Of a stretch of 64,000 nt of DNA, positions 10,076 to 19,027 are shown piece after piece. The notes beneath the pieces were generated by a model, which was given only the letters and a program-made list of their open reading frames with translations, searched no databases and was not told the DNA's origin. Made by a program: the position numbers and the translations under genes. Location: positions 3,778 through 67,777 of the forward strand of contig JBDGUI010000014.1 of assembly GCA_042216015.1 (NCBI GenBank), read 5' to 3'. Position 1 is the stretch's first letter. Each line of letters opens with the position of its first letter. The DNA comes from Halodesulfurarchaeum sp. GTDB taxonomy: Archaea; Halobacteriota; Halobacteria; Halobacteriales; Halobacteriaceae.

Positions 10076-10114
10076 ATTCCACGGTCCCCCTGACAATTCC
10101 ACGGTCCCCCTGAT
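10075..10114. repeat. two-copy 20-bp tandem repeat AATTCCACGGTCCCCCTGA(C/T)
   Basis: Copies at 10075-10094 and 10095-10114. Confidence 0.9.
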
Positions 10115-10198
10115 GACTCACGGGTGGGCAGCGATACCCGTGGACCGGAAAGACAGATTTCTTTCAGTTTCTCACCCACCGACGAATTTGGGATCCGT

Positions 10199-11452
10199 TC
10201 AGATGGGCGTTTCACTCCCCCACTGCTCGATTGCCCGACCCAGTGCCTCGTGTTCGGCCGCGGCCTCGGAGAGCGACGTCCCGGACGTGTAGGCCTCGAC
10301 GGATTGTCGGAGTGCCCTGGCCCCCTGGTGGGTCCCACCTGGGTGGCCGTGAATTCCCCCTCCAGCCTGGACGATCAGGTCCGTTCCGAGCGCGTCGAGA
10401 AGGGGTTCGACGGTCCCTGGGTGAAGGCCACCCGAGGCGACCGGGAGCACGTCTCTGACCCCGTACAATTCACTCCGGAGCCACTCGTTGATTCCGGCGG
10501 TGTCCTCGTTTTCGAGTTTGCCGAGGTTCGCAGTGCCCGTGTGGAGGTGATCGACACCCACTATTCGAGCGAGCTGTGCGAGCACCCGCATCGAAACGCC
10601 ATGATGGCTCAGTCGGTCGAAGGCCGCGTGCATCGCCCGGTGAGCGTGTATCGCCATACCGAGATCGTCGGTGTGCTCCCGGATCGACTGGACGGCACCC
10701 CAGCCGACGGTGATCACGTCGACCATGACGAAATTCCCGCCCTGTTCGGCGACGAACGTCGCCCGCTCCTTCATCGTGTCCACGTCGGCGGTGATGTTGA
10801 CGAGGTAATCCTTTCGCTCGCCCGTTTCGGCCTCTGCGCGTTCTGCCTGCTCGAAACTCGCGGTCACCCGGTCGGCAAAGGCGTTGAAGGACTGGTCGGT
10901 GAGGTTCTCGTCGTCCTTCAGGAGGTCCACACCTCCGGTCCAGGCCTCGTATCCGATTTCTGCGTGCTTCTCGCTCGACAGTCCCACCTTTGGCTTCGGG
11001 ACCGTCGCGAGGACGGGTCGATTTCCGGCATCGAGGAATCGATCCTTGACCGCCGAACCGAATTGCGGGCCCGGGAACGAACGCGTCAGTCCCTCGGGCC
11101 AGTCACAGTCCTGGAGCCTGATCGAGTCCACGGCCTTCATCCCCAAGATGTTCCCGGCAATGCAGGAGAGCACCTGGGGCATGTTGCCGAACTCGAAGAG
11201 CGTCGGCGGATAGGCGACCCGAATCTGGCCGTCCCCAACCACGAATGCCGTCGCGCCCACGTCAGTGAACCCATCGCCGACCTCGAGTGCCGCCCAGGTT
11301 CCATTCGAACTCTCCGAGGCCACCCGTCCGGCGGCCTCCTCCATCGTGAGCCCCTCCGCCGGCTGGATGGCGAAGTCACAGACGAGTTCCTCGGTGTCGG
11401 GCCGGTACTCGGTCTCGACAAAGTCCGCGTACGAAATGCCAGTCATGTCCAC
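10199..11452 (-). CDS. rbcL: ribulose-1,5-bisphosphate carboxylase, archaeal form III
   Basis: ASESSNGTW, KPKVG, GGVDLLKDDE catalytic motif, HAHRAMH, loop-6 GKL, SGG and GGG phosphate loops. Confidence 0.93.
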   Translation of the reverse strand: MDMTGISYADFVETEYRPDTEELVCDFAIQPAEGLTMEEAAGRVASESSNGTWAALEVGDGFTDVGATAFVVGDGQIRVAYPPTLFEFGNMPQVLSCIAGNILGMKAVDSIRLQDCDWPEGLTRSFPGPQFGSAVKDRFLDAGNRPVLATVPKPKVGLSSEKHAEIGYEAWTGGVDLLKDDENLTDQSFNAFADRVTASFEQAERAEAETGERKDYLVNITADVDTMKERATFVAEQGGNFVMVDVITVGWGAVQSIREHTDDLGMAIHAHRAMHAAFDRLSHHGVSMRVLAQLARIVGVDHLHTGTANLGKLENEDTAGINEWLRSELYGVRDVLPVASGGLHPGTVEPLLDALGTDLIVQAGGGIHGHPGGTHQGARALRQSVEAYTSGTSLSEAAAEHEALGRAIEQWGSETPI

Positions 11453-11530
11453 CTACCTTCGTCCGACACGGGCATCAAAGTTCGGTAGCAGCAATGCACA
11501 CCGCCAATGGAATTCCCCGGCTCGCCGAAA

Positions 11531-12385
11531 TTAGACCGGCCCCGAGACGGCGTCCTCGAGCCGGGAGATGTAGCCCCGGTTCCCCACGAAAGTCGGCGTC
11601 CGCTGGTGGACCGCTGTCGCCGGCACGTCGAGCAAGGAGCGAGCACCGTCTGTCGAGGCTCCACCCGCCCGTTCAACGATGTAGGCAATTGGGGCTGCCT
11701 CGAACAGCAGGCGAAGTTTGCCGTTCGGTCGACTCTCGAGGGCCGGATATCCAAAGATGCCTCCGTACGTGAGCACCTGGCTGACGTCGGCGATCATCGC
11801 CCCTCCATAGCGGAGTTTGAGTTCCGATCGAACCGTCCCGACGTACTCGGCGAAGTCAGCCGGCCAGTCGGGCTCCCGCCCGCCGAAACCGTACACGGTC
11901 GGATCTTCGGGCAGTTCGACGGGCCCGGTCGACTGCATGGCTCCGTCGTCCACGACGTAGCCCGCTGCCGTATCGTCTCGGGCGATCACCATCGTGGTGA
12001 TCGGGCCGTACAGGACGAACCCGGCCGCGAGAAGGTCCCGTCCCCCGGTCGGGAGTGAGCCATCGTAGACCCCGATGACCGTGCCCATCGGGTTGTTCGA
12101 CTTCAGGTTCGAGGAGCCATCGAGCGGATCGATGGCAACGGCGTATCCCTCACCCACGTCCTCCACGGTCTCGCGCTCCTCGCTCGCGTATTCGCCGATG
12201 CCCTGGACGCTCTCGAAGCGCTCCCTGAACACGTTATCTGCCCAGACGTCCGCCTCCAGTTGCCGATCGCCGGTCACGTTTGACTGATCAAGCGCGGTCC
12301 GTCGGTTCGGCAGGCCCGCCCGGATCTTCGGTGCGGTGGTCGCGACGGTCTCGAAAACGGCGTCGATCGGGTCGATTCCGGTCAT
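11531..12385 (-). CDS. fbp: fructose-1,6-bisphosphatase class 1
   Basis: ASEE, DPLDGSSN, LRYGGAMIAD, GKLRLLFEA. Confidence 0.95.
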   Translation of the reverse strand: MTGIDPIDAVFETVATTAPKIRAGLPNRRTALDQSNVTGDRQLEADVWADNVFRERFESVQGIGEYASEERETVEDVGEGYAVAIDPLDGSSNLKSNNPMGTVIGVYDGSLPTGGRDLLAAGFVLYGPITTMVIARDDTAAGYVVDDGAMQSTGPVELPEDPTVYGFGGREPDWPADFAEYVGTVRSELKLRYGGAMIADVSQVLTYGGIFGYPALESRPNGKLRLLFEAAPIAYIVERAGGASTDGARSLLDVPATAVHQRTPTFVGNRGYISRLEDAVSGPV

Positions 12386-13177
12386 TTACATCCGGTCGAG
12401 GGCTGCATCGACGCTCGTCTCCTCGAAGATGAGCGCCTCGAGGGCGTCGAGCATCGCCTCGGCGTTCTCCCGCTGCCAGACGTTTCGCCCGACTGCCAGG
12501 CCGGAGCCGCCGGCGTCGAGGACGGTCTTGACGGATTCGAGAAACGCACGATCGGTGGTTTTCGAACCGCCGCTCATGATGACCTCGACCGGACCCGCGC
12601 TGTCGACGACCCACTCCATCGCGTCCTCGCTGCCAGGATATTTCACCTTCGCGACGTCGGCGCCCAGTTCGAGGGCCAGGCGGGCCGCATACGCGATGAC
12701 CTCGTCTTTGGTGTCGCTTTTCACGCCCTGCCCTCGCGGATAGGACCACATGATGACCGGCAGGTCTCGGTCGCGGGCTGCCTCCTGTGCTCGAGCAAAC
12801 TCCTCTGCCATCTCGACCTCGTGGTTCGACCCACCGTACAGGGTGAATCCGATGGCATCGGCCCCGAGTTCCTGGGCGTACTCGACCGACCAGTTGACGC
12901 TACTGTCGTACTCGCCCATCCAGAGGTTGGAGGTGCCATTGAGCTTCGCCACGAGGTTCACGCTCTCCTCGTAGGATGGATAGTAGGTTTCGGCGACACC
13001 CTTCTGAACCGCGAATCCGGTCACTGCGTCGTGGGTGGCCAACTCGAAGACGGTCTCCGGATCCATCGTCTCCGGAACGGCATCGAAGTCGGTCGGTCCG
13101 TGCTCCAACCCGTGGTCGTAGGCGAGAACGAGCAGTTTGCCATCTCTCGCGATCGGCGAGGACTCGAGTGAACGCAT
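12386..13177 (-). CDS. fba: class I (DhnA-type) fructose-bisphosphate aldolase
   Basis: AYDHGLEHGP, WSYPRG, ELGADVAKVKY Schiff-base Lys, GRNVWQ; abuts fbp. Confidence 0.92.
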   Translation of the reverse strand: MRSLESSPIARDGKLLVLAYDHGLEHGPTDFDAVPETMDPETVFELATHDAVTGFAVQKGVAETYYPSYEESVNLVAKLNGTSNLWMGEYDSSVNWSVEYAQELGADAIGFTLYGGSNHEVEMAEEFARAQEAARDRDLPVIMWSYPRGQGVKSDTKDEVIAYAARLALELGADVAKVKYPGSEDAMEWVVDSAGPVEVIMSGGSKTTDRAFLESVKTVLDAGGSGLAVGRNVWQRENAEAMLDALEALIFEETSVDAALDRM

Positions 13178-13241
13178 CAGGGAACTGTCGGTGGGCGTCG
13201 TTTAATAACCTAACTGAACAGTCGACCCACTCCGGGGTCGA

Positions 13242-13838
13242 TCACTCGACGGCCCGGGCTGCGTTGCGCCACTTTCGAACGATCTCCTCGTCGATGGCCA
13301 GCGAGTCGGCCACGGCTTCCGGGTTACACGAGGCGAGTCGTCGCACCGAGTTGATTCCCGCCTCCCTGAGTGCGGATTCGGCCTCGCCATCCAGGGCCGG
13401 GATGGCCGAAATTGGGGTCGGCTCGCTCTGCTCGCGCCACTCCGCCTCGGCATCGAACTCCCGTTCCACGTCCGGTTGATTCGGCCACGGGCGGCGCTCC
13501 CAGGTCGGCTGGGTGTCGTCTTGATCGGTTCCCCCTCGACCCGATGCTACCTTTCCATCCCAGTCGCTCGCGCTCGCGGCCACCCACTCGCGTTCGCCCG
13601 CCTTCAGCCCTCTCACCTGATCGGCCCGCCGATCCAGGTCCTCACCACCCTCGAGAGACCACGACAGGGAGTGCTCCCGGCGGATTTTCGCGGCCACGCC
13701 GGGATTGACCCCCGCATCGACCAACTGGGTGTGAGAGACCCGTCGCTCCCTGATCGCGGCCGCCTCGATACCTGCCCGCTCGAGGACCGCCTCGGTCGCC
13801 GGCCCGACGAATTTTACGTCGGTCAAATCCTCGGACAC
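13242..13838 (-). CDS. helix-hairpin-helix domain protein
   Basis: DVKFVGPAT and LREAGINSVRRLA HhH-like motifs; probable GTG start at 13838. Confidence 0.7.
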   Translation of the reverse strand: MSEDLTDVKFVGPATEAVLERAGIEAAAIRERRVSHTQLVDAGVNPGVAAKIRREHSLSWSLEGGEDLDRRADQVRGLKAGEREWVAASASDWDGKVASGRGGTDQDDTQPTWERRPWPNQPDVEREFDAEAEWREQSEPTPISAIPALDGEAESALREAGINSVRRLASCNPEAVADSLAIDEEIVRKWRNAARAVE

Positions 13839-14014
13839 GAGTCCACCGCCAGAGCATCCGCCCGCGAGTGGCTTGAGTGTTTTCACCGTTCGAAGGCCCT
13901 GACCACTCCGTGGCTGCCCGGGAGTGGATCCCGTTGGATGTTAGTCGAACGACGATGCCAGGTTCGACGAATGCACATGATTTATACCGAGGGTCGCCGA
14001 AATCTGGGATGGAC

Positions 14015-15181
14015 ATGACCCGGGTACGAGTCGCTGGCGGCGGATTGACACACTTCGGCGTCCATCCGGAGCGGACGAGTCGCGCACTCTTCGGCGAAGC
14101 GGGCGCGGCCGCGATCGAGGACGCTGGAATCGAACGTTCGGACATCGAATCGATCTTCTACGGGAATTTCATGGGTGAACTCGCCGAGCACCAGGGTCAC
14201 ATGGGGCCCCTGGCCGCCGAGGCACTCGGTGTCGACGCTCCCGCCACCCGCTATGAGAGCGCGTGTGCCTCGAGCGGCGTGGCCGTTCGCCAGGCCGTGT
14301 TGAACGTCCGCTCGGGCGAGGCAGACGTCGTTCTCGTCGGCGGTTCGGAACGAATGAACAACCTCCCAACGGCCGAGGCGACTGACGCCCTCGCGATCGC
14401 CGCCGACGACCTCTACGAGGTTCGGGCGGGAATGACCTTCCCGGGTGCGTACGCACTGATGGAAGACGCCTACTTCGAGGAATACGGCGGCTCCAGAGAG
14501 GATCTCGCCCACATCGCGGTGAAGAACCACGAGAACGCACTGGACAACGAGTACGCCCAGTTCCAGCAGGAGATCAGCGTCGAGAAAGCCATGGATGCCC
14601 CGCCGGTTGCAGAGCCGATCCACCTCTATGACGCCTGCCCGATCACCGACGGCGCCGCCGCGATGGTCCTCGTGAGCGAGGAGTATGCTGCCGAACACGA
14701 CCTCGACGCCCCGGTCGCGATCACTGGCACGGGCCAGGGGAGCGACCGCCTCGCCCTCCAGGACCGGGACTACCTCGCGCGCACCCCCGCGGCGGAAGAC
14801 GCGGGAAGGGAGGCCTACGAGGACGCCGATATCGAGGCCGGAGACGTCGACCTCGCGGAGGTCCATGACTGTTTCACCATCGCCGAAGCGCTGGCCATCG
14901 AGGCGCTGGGCCTCTTCGACGCCGGTGAGGGGATCGGTGCGGCCCGCCGCGGGGAGACGACCGCCGATGGCGAGCTCCCGATCAACCTCTCCGGCGGCCT
15001 GAAAGCCAAGGGTCACCCGGTCGGCGCGACCGGTGCGAGCCAGGTTGTCGAAATGACCAAACTTCTCGAGGGGACTCACCACAACGCCGATGCCGTGGCC
15101 GACCCAACCGTCGGCGTCACGCACAACGCTGGAGGAACCGTCGCCAGCACGGCCGTCCACGTCCTGGAGGTGGTCGAATGA
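14015..15181 (+). CDS. acetyl-CoA acetyltransferase (archaeal thiolase)
   Basis: ESACASSG, EVHDCF, NLSGGLKAKGHPVGATG. Confidence 0.93.
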   Translation: MTRVRVAGGGLTHFGVHPERTSRALFGEAGAAAIEDAGIERSDIESIFYGNFMGELAEHQGHMGPLAAEALGVDAPATRYESACASSGVAVRQAVLNVRSGEADVVLVGGSERMNNLPTAEATDALAIAADDLYEVRAGMTFPGAYALMEDAYFEEYGGSREDLAHIAVKNHENALDNEYAQFQQEISVEKAMDAPPVAEPIHLYDACPITDGAAAMVLVSEEYAAEHDLDAPVAITGTGQGSDRLALQDRDYLARTPAAEDAGREAYEDADIEAGDVDLAEVHDCFTIAEALAIEALGLFDAGEGIGAARRGETTADGELPINLSGGLKAKGHPVGATGASQVVEMTKLLEGTHHNADAVADPTVGVTHNAGGTVASTAVHVLEVVE

Positions 15182-15567
15182 GCGACGAACCCGTCCGCGA
15201 TGCGGGCTATGACGACTTCCTCGACGCCGTTGGGGAGGGTTCTGCGTTTTACCTCGAATGCCCCGAGAAACATGGATCGCTTCCGCCCCGGCAGGTCTGT
15301 CCGGAGTGTGGCAGCGGCGAACTCGATCGGACAGACCTGCCCGAAGTCGGGACGATCGTGGTCCATAACGTGGTTCACGTCCCGACCCCCAGATTCGCCG
15401 ATGACACCCCCTACGCGACCGCGATCGCCGACTTCGGCCCCCTCTCCCTCACCGGCCAGGTCCGAATCGACGATCCGCACGCGGTCGAAAACGGGCAGGA
15501 TGTGACCCTCGATACCGATGTAACGGACACGAACGAGGATCGTCTGCTCGTCTTCGATCTCGTGTGA
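15178..15567 (+). CDS. DUF35 Zn-ribbon/OB-fold thiolase partner
   Basis: CPEKH...CPEC, OB fold; ATGA overlap with the thiolase. Confidence 0.88.
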   Translation: MSDEPVRDAGYDDFLDAVGEGSAFYLECPEKHGSLPPRQVCPECGSGELDRTDLPEVGTIVVHNVVHVPTPRFADDTPYATAIADFGPLSLTGQVRIDDPHAVENGQDVTLDTDVTDTNEDRLLVFDLV

Positions 15568-15624
15568 GTTCGGGGCTTCCACCCGTCCTCGCGTCGGTCC
15601 ACGAGGAGGGTCGTTCGTGCACTT

Positions 15625-16452
15625 TCAGTCGGAGTCGTCGCTGAGTCGCTCGGTCGCCTCGACGAGTGGGTGACGGGCGTAATCGACGACCTCCACGTCG
15701 GCGAGCGTCTCGAGTCCCTCGTTTCTGGCGGTTCGGGCCATACCGAGATCGATCCGACCCGGGAGCACGATCACGTAGGCGTCCATCTCCTCGACCCCCA
15801 TGCGACGTGCGGCCATCACTCGATGGTGGCCATCGGCGAGCAACAGGTCTCCTCCATTGTCGATGATGACGAGTGGCTCTGCAAGACCGCGCTCGAGTTC
15901 GTATTCCCGGCCCTCCAGTTCGTCCGCATAGACCGTCCCCTGTGTGGGGGTCAATTCCGCGAGCTTGACCGTTCGTCGCTCCTCCCCTGCCTCCACGTCG
16001 TGAATCGTCTCGAGTGTCCGTTTGAGTTTGCCCACCTTCTCCGGGGTCGCCCGTTCGATCTGGGAGCGGATCACGTCGGCATTCGAGATGATCCCGACGA
16101 GATTGCCGGCGTCGTCCACCACCGGGAGCTTCTGGATTCCCGAACGGAGAATGACTCGCGCGGCGTCGGTGACCTTCATCTCTGGGTGTGCAACGATGAG
16201 TTCCTCGCTCATCACCCTGAAGAGTGGTGTCTCGGGGTCCTGGAGGAGGAGGTCACGGGCCGTGACGAATCCCTCGACGTAGCGGCCGTCGGTGACCGGA
16301 AAGCCGTTGTAATCGTCACTCTCCTTGATCCGTTTTGCGACCTCCTCGACGGTCTCCTCCGCGGAGACCGTGGCCACCTCCCGGGTCATGTACTCCTCGA
16401 CGCGGGGGCGCTTCGTCCCGCTCTCGAGATCGAATTCAAAGGGCGAGTCCAT
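15625..16452 (-). CDS. CBS-pair plus ParB/sulfiredoxin-like domain protein
   Basis: Two CBS motifs (GFPV, KLPVVD), LTPTQ, LLADGHHRV. Confidence 0.88.
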   Translation of the reverse strand: MDSPFEFDLESGTKRPRVEEYMTREVATVSAEETVEEVAKRIKESDDYNGFPVTDGRYVEGFVTARDLLLQDPETPLFRVMSEELIVAHPEMKVTDAARVILRSGIQKLPVVDDAGNLVGIISNADVIRSQIERATPEKVGKLKRTLETIHDVEAGEERRTVKLAELTPTQGTVYADELEGREYELERGLAEPLVIIDNGGDLLLADGHHRVMAARRMGVEEMDAYVIVLPGRIDLGMARTARNEGLETLADVEVVDYARHPLVEATERLSDDSD

Positions 16453-16623
16453 CGCTCCCTCCAGCAAAAGCGTCGCGCGTTCGTCGGTCCATACACCCAC
16501 TTCGAGCCGCCCTGCCTTCCGTCTTTTCCGTTCCCCCGTGGGCGGCGAACTCCGCTGGGGTCGGGTGGGACGTGGCATCCGGGTTCGCTTCCCCAGAACC
16601 GGTTTTCCCTGGTCGTGACCCGC

Positions 16624-17622
16624 TCAGTCCTCGTGGGCCGAATTCGGGAGCGGCTCGCCCTCGAGCCCGGCGACGAGATTGTCCGCGGCCATTCGGGCCA
16701 TCTTGTTTCGGGTCTGGATGCTCGCGCTCGCGATGTGAGGGGTGACCACGAGTTTCTCCGGGATGTGTCGGGTCAACTCGTGATCCGCAGGCAAGGGTTC
16801 GGGTTCGGTCACGTCGAGTCCGACCCGGGTGAGCCAATCGTTCTCGAGTGCCACGTCCATGGCGTCGGGGTCGATGACCGGTCCGCGACTCGTGTTGATG
16901 AGGATCGCCTCCTCCCTCATCTGTCGGAACTCCTCCTCGCCGATGAGGTGATGGGTCGACTCGAGGAGCGGCACGTGCAGGGAGACGAAGTCGCTCTCCG
17001 CGAGCAGTTCGTCCTGATCGACGAAGGACGCCTCGACGCCGGCCTCGGCCAGCTCGGCCTCTGCGGCTTCGTTCGGTTCGACGTCGGTGTAAAGAACGTC
17101 CATGTCGAATCCGGCCCCGCGGCGGGCGACTTCCGTGCCGATGTTGCCCATGCCGACGATGCCGAGTGTCGCGTGGTGGACATCCGGTCCGGTGAGCAGC
17201 TTGGGACCCCAGGTCTCCCACTCGCCGCTCAGCACGTACTCCTGGCCCTCGACCGTGCGCCGGGCCGTCGTCATCAGCAGGGCCCACGCGAAGTCGGCGG
17301 TGGTCTCAGAGAGCACCCCTGGCGTGTGGCCGACCGGCATGTCCCGCTCCGCGGCGGCGCCCATGTCGATGTGGTCGTAGCCGACCGAGAACGTCGAGAT
17401 GACCCGCAGATTGGGCGAGGCGTCCATGACCTCCCCGTCGATGTCGTCCGAGAGCAGGCACAGCAATCCCTCGGCCTCGAGATCCTCGAGTGTCTCGATG
17501 ATGTGTTCCTTCGAGGGGGGCAATTTCTCCTCCCAGACGTGGACGTCGTACTCGGTTTCGAGGCGTTCGATACCCGCATCGGGGATGCGGCGAGTTACGT
17601 ATACTGTCGGTTTCTCCGTCAT
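16624..17622 (-). CDS. gyaR: D-glycerate dehydrogenase / glyoxylate-hydroxypyruvate reductase
   Basis: SVGYDHID, TPGVL, GMGNIG, INTSRG, GLDVTEPEP, TPHIAS; start trimmed to ATG 17622. Confidence 0.88.
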   Translation of the reverse strand: MTEKPTVYVTRRIPDAGIERLETEYDVHVWEEKLPPSKEHIIETLEDLEAEGLLCLLSDDIDGEVMDASPNLRVISTFSVGYDHIDMGAAAERDMPVGHTPGVLSETTADFAWALLMTTARRTVEGQEYVLSGEWETWGPKLLTGPDVHHATLGIVGMGNIGTEVARRGAGFDMDVLYTDVEPNEAAEAELAEAGVEASFVDQDELLAESDFVSLHVPLLESTHHLIGEEEFRQMREEAILINTSRGPVIDPDAMDVALENDWLTRVGLDVTEPEPLPADHELTRHIPEKLVVTPHIASASIQTRNKMARMAADNLVAGLEGEPLPNSAHED

Positions 17623-17689
17623 GCTTTGGGTTGCTCGGTAATCGGGTTTGTAATTCGGGGTCGGACGAAATATTGCGAGTCGGTACGGG

Positions 17690-18847
17690 TTACAGGAACC
17701 CGGCGTCTTCCAGTCGGTCGATACCCTCCCTGATCCGCTCCTCGCTCTCGACGAGGGATGCACGCACGTAGCCGGGCGTGCCAAAGGCCTTGCCCGGAAC
17801 CAGGCCGACGCCGGCCTCTCGAACCGCATCCTTGCACCACTCCATGTCGTCCTCGGCCTCGATCGGGAACATGACGTAGAAGGCACCCTCCGGAACCGGA
17901 ACGTCGATGCCCCGCTCCTCGAGCAGCTCCACGAGAAGGTCCCGACGGGATTCGAAGGTGTCCATCATGTCGGCAGTGAGCGCGTCGATGTCGGTGTTCT
18001 CGAGGGCCTCGATTCCGGCCCGCTGGACGAAGTTCGAGGCACAGGAAACCGAGTGGGAGTGGACCTTTCCGGCCTGGGTCGTGTGATCGGTCGGCGCGGC
18101 CATGAACCCGAGCCGATAGCCCGTCATCGAGAACGTCTTCGAGAAGCCGTTGATCGTGATCGTCCGTTCCATCATGCCATCGAAGGTGGCGAGGCTCCGC
18201 TGTTCGCTATCGCCATACATCAACTCGGCGTAGATCTCATCCGAAAGGACCGGCAGATCGTACTCGACGGCGATGTCCCGAACGCCGCCGAAGGCGGCCT
18301 CGGAGAAGACCATCCCGCTTGGGTTCGTCGGGGAGTTGAGCATGATGAGTGCCGTGTCCTCGGAGACGGCTGCCTCGAGGTCGTCGAGTGCGGGTTCGAG
18401 CTGGAAGTCATAGGGAGCCGTATCGACGTGGACGGCCTCACCGCCGGCGAGCTTCACCATCGGCTCGTAGGAGGACCACACCGGGTCGATGACGATGACC
18501 TCGTCGCCGGGATTGACGACGGCCTGTATCGTCTCGTAGAGGGCGTGTTTGCCGCCCGGCGTCACGATGATGTTTTCCGGCCCGTAGTCGAGGTCGAAGC
18601 GATCCTGGAGGTAGCCGGCAATGGAGCGTCGGAGCTCCATGATCCCATTGGAGGGCGTATAGGTGGTGTGACCCGCATCGAGGGCGTCCTTCGTCGCGTC
18701 GAGGATGTGCTCGGGAGTCTCGACATCGGGCTGACCAACGCTCAGATCGACGATGTCCGCACCCTCCTCCTCGAGTTCGGAGACGAGATTCGAGATGACG
18801 AACGGGGCCGCCGGCTCGACGGCGTGGACGCGGTCGGCGAATTCCAT
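17690..18847 (-). CDS. PLP-dependent aminotransferase class I (AspC-like), paralog 1
   Basis: NSPTNPSG, SDEIY, NGFSKTFSMTGYRLG. Confidence 0.9.
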   Translation of the reverse strand: MEFADRVHAVEPAAPFVISNLVSELEEEGADIVDLSVGQPDVETPEHILDATKDALDAGHTTYTPSNGIMELRRSIAGYLQDRFDLDYGPENIIVTPGGKHALYETIQAVVNPGDEVIVIDPVWSSYEPMVKLAGGEAVHVDTAPYDFQLEPALDDLEAAVSEDTALIMLNSPTNPSGMVFSEAAFGGVRDIAVEYDLPVLSDEIYAELMYGDSEQRSLATFDGMMERTITINGFSKTFSMTGYRLGFMAAPTDHTTQAGKVHSHSVSCASNFVQRAGIEALENTDIDALTADMMDTFESRRDLLVELLEERGIDVPVPEGAFYVMFPIEAEDDMEWCKDAVREAGVGLVPGKAFGTPGYVRASLVESEERIREGIDRLEDAGFL

Positions 18848-19027
18848 TACCGTTCACCCCGAAGTGATCCCGTTGACGGTCCTCGCTGTACGAAGCGGAC
18901 GGATCCTGACGAGCTGCTGGCTCCGATACGGATTGACATAGTGTGAGAGGGTAAACTCGACACCATCCAAAATAGGTTTCGTTCGAGCGGAGCGTCTCGA
19001 GACGCCGTTTCAGGCAAGGTTTGCGAA

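Noticed and set aside
10075-10114. CRISPR array
   Set aside because: Only two adjacent copies with no spacer; no cas genes or arrays seen anywhere in the window
10199-13177. Complete Calvin cycle operon
   Set aside because: No phosphoribulokinase, transketolase or small subunit in the window; kept only as a linkage observation
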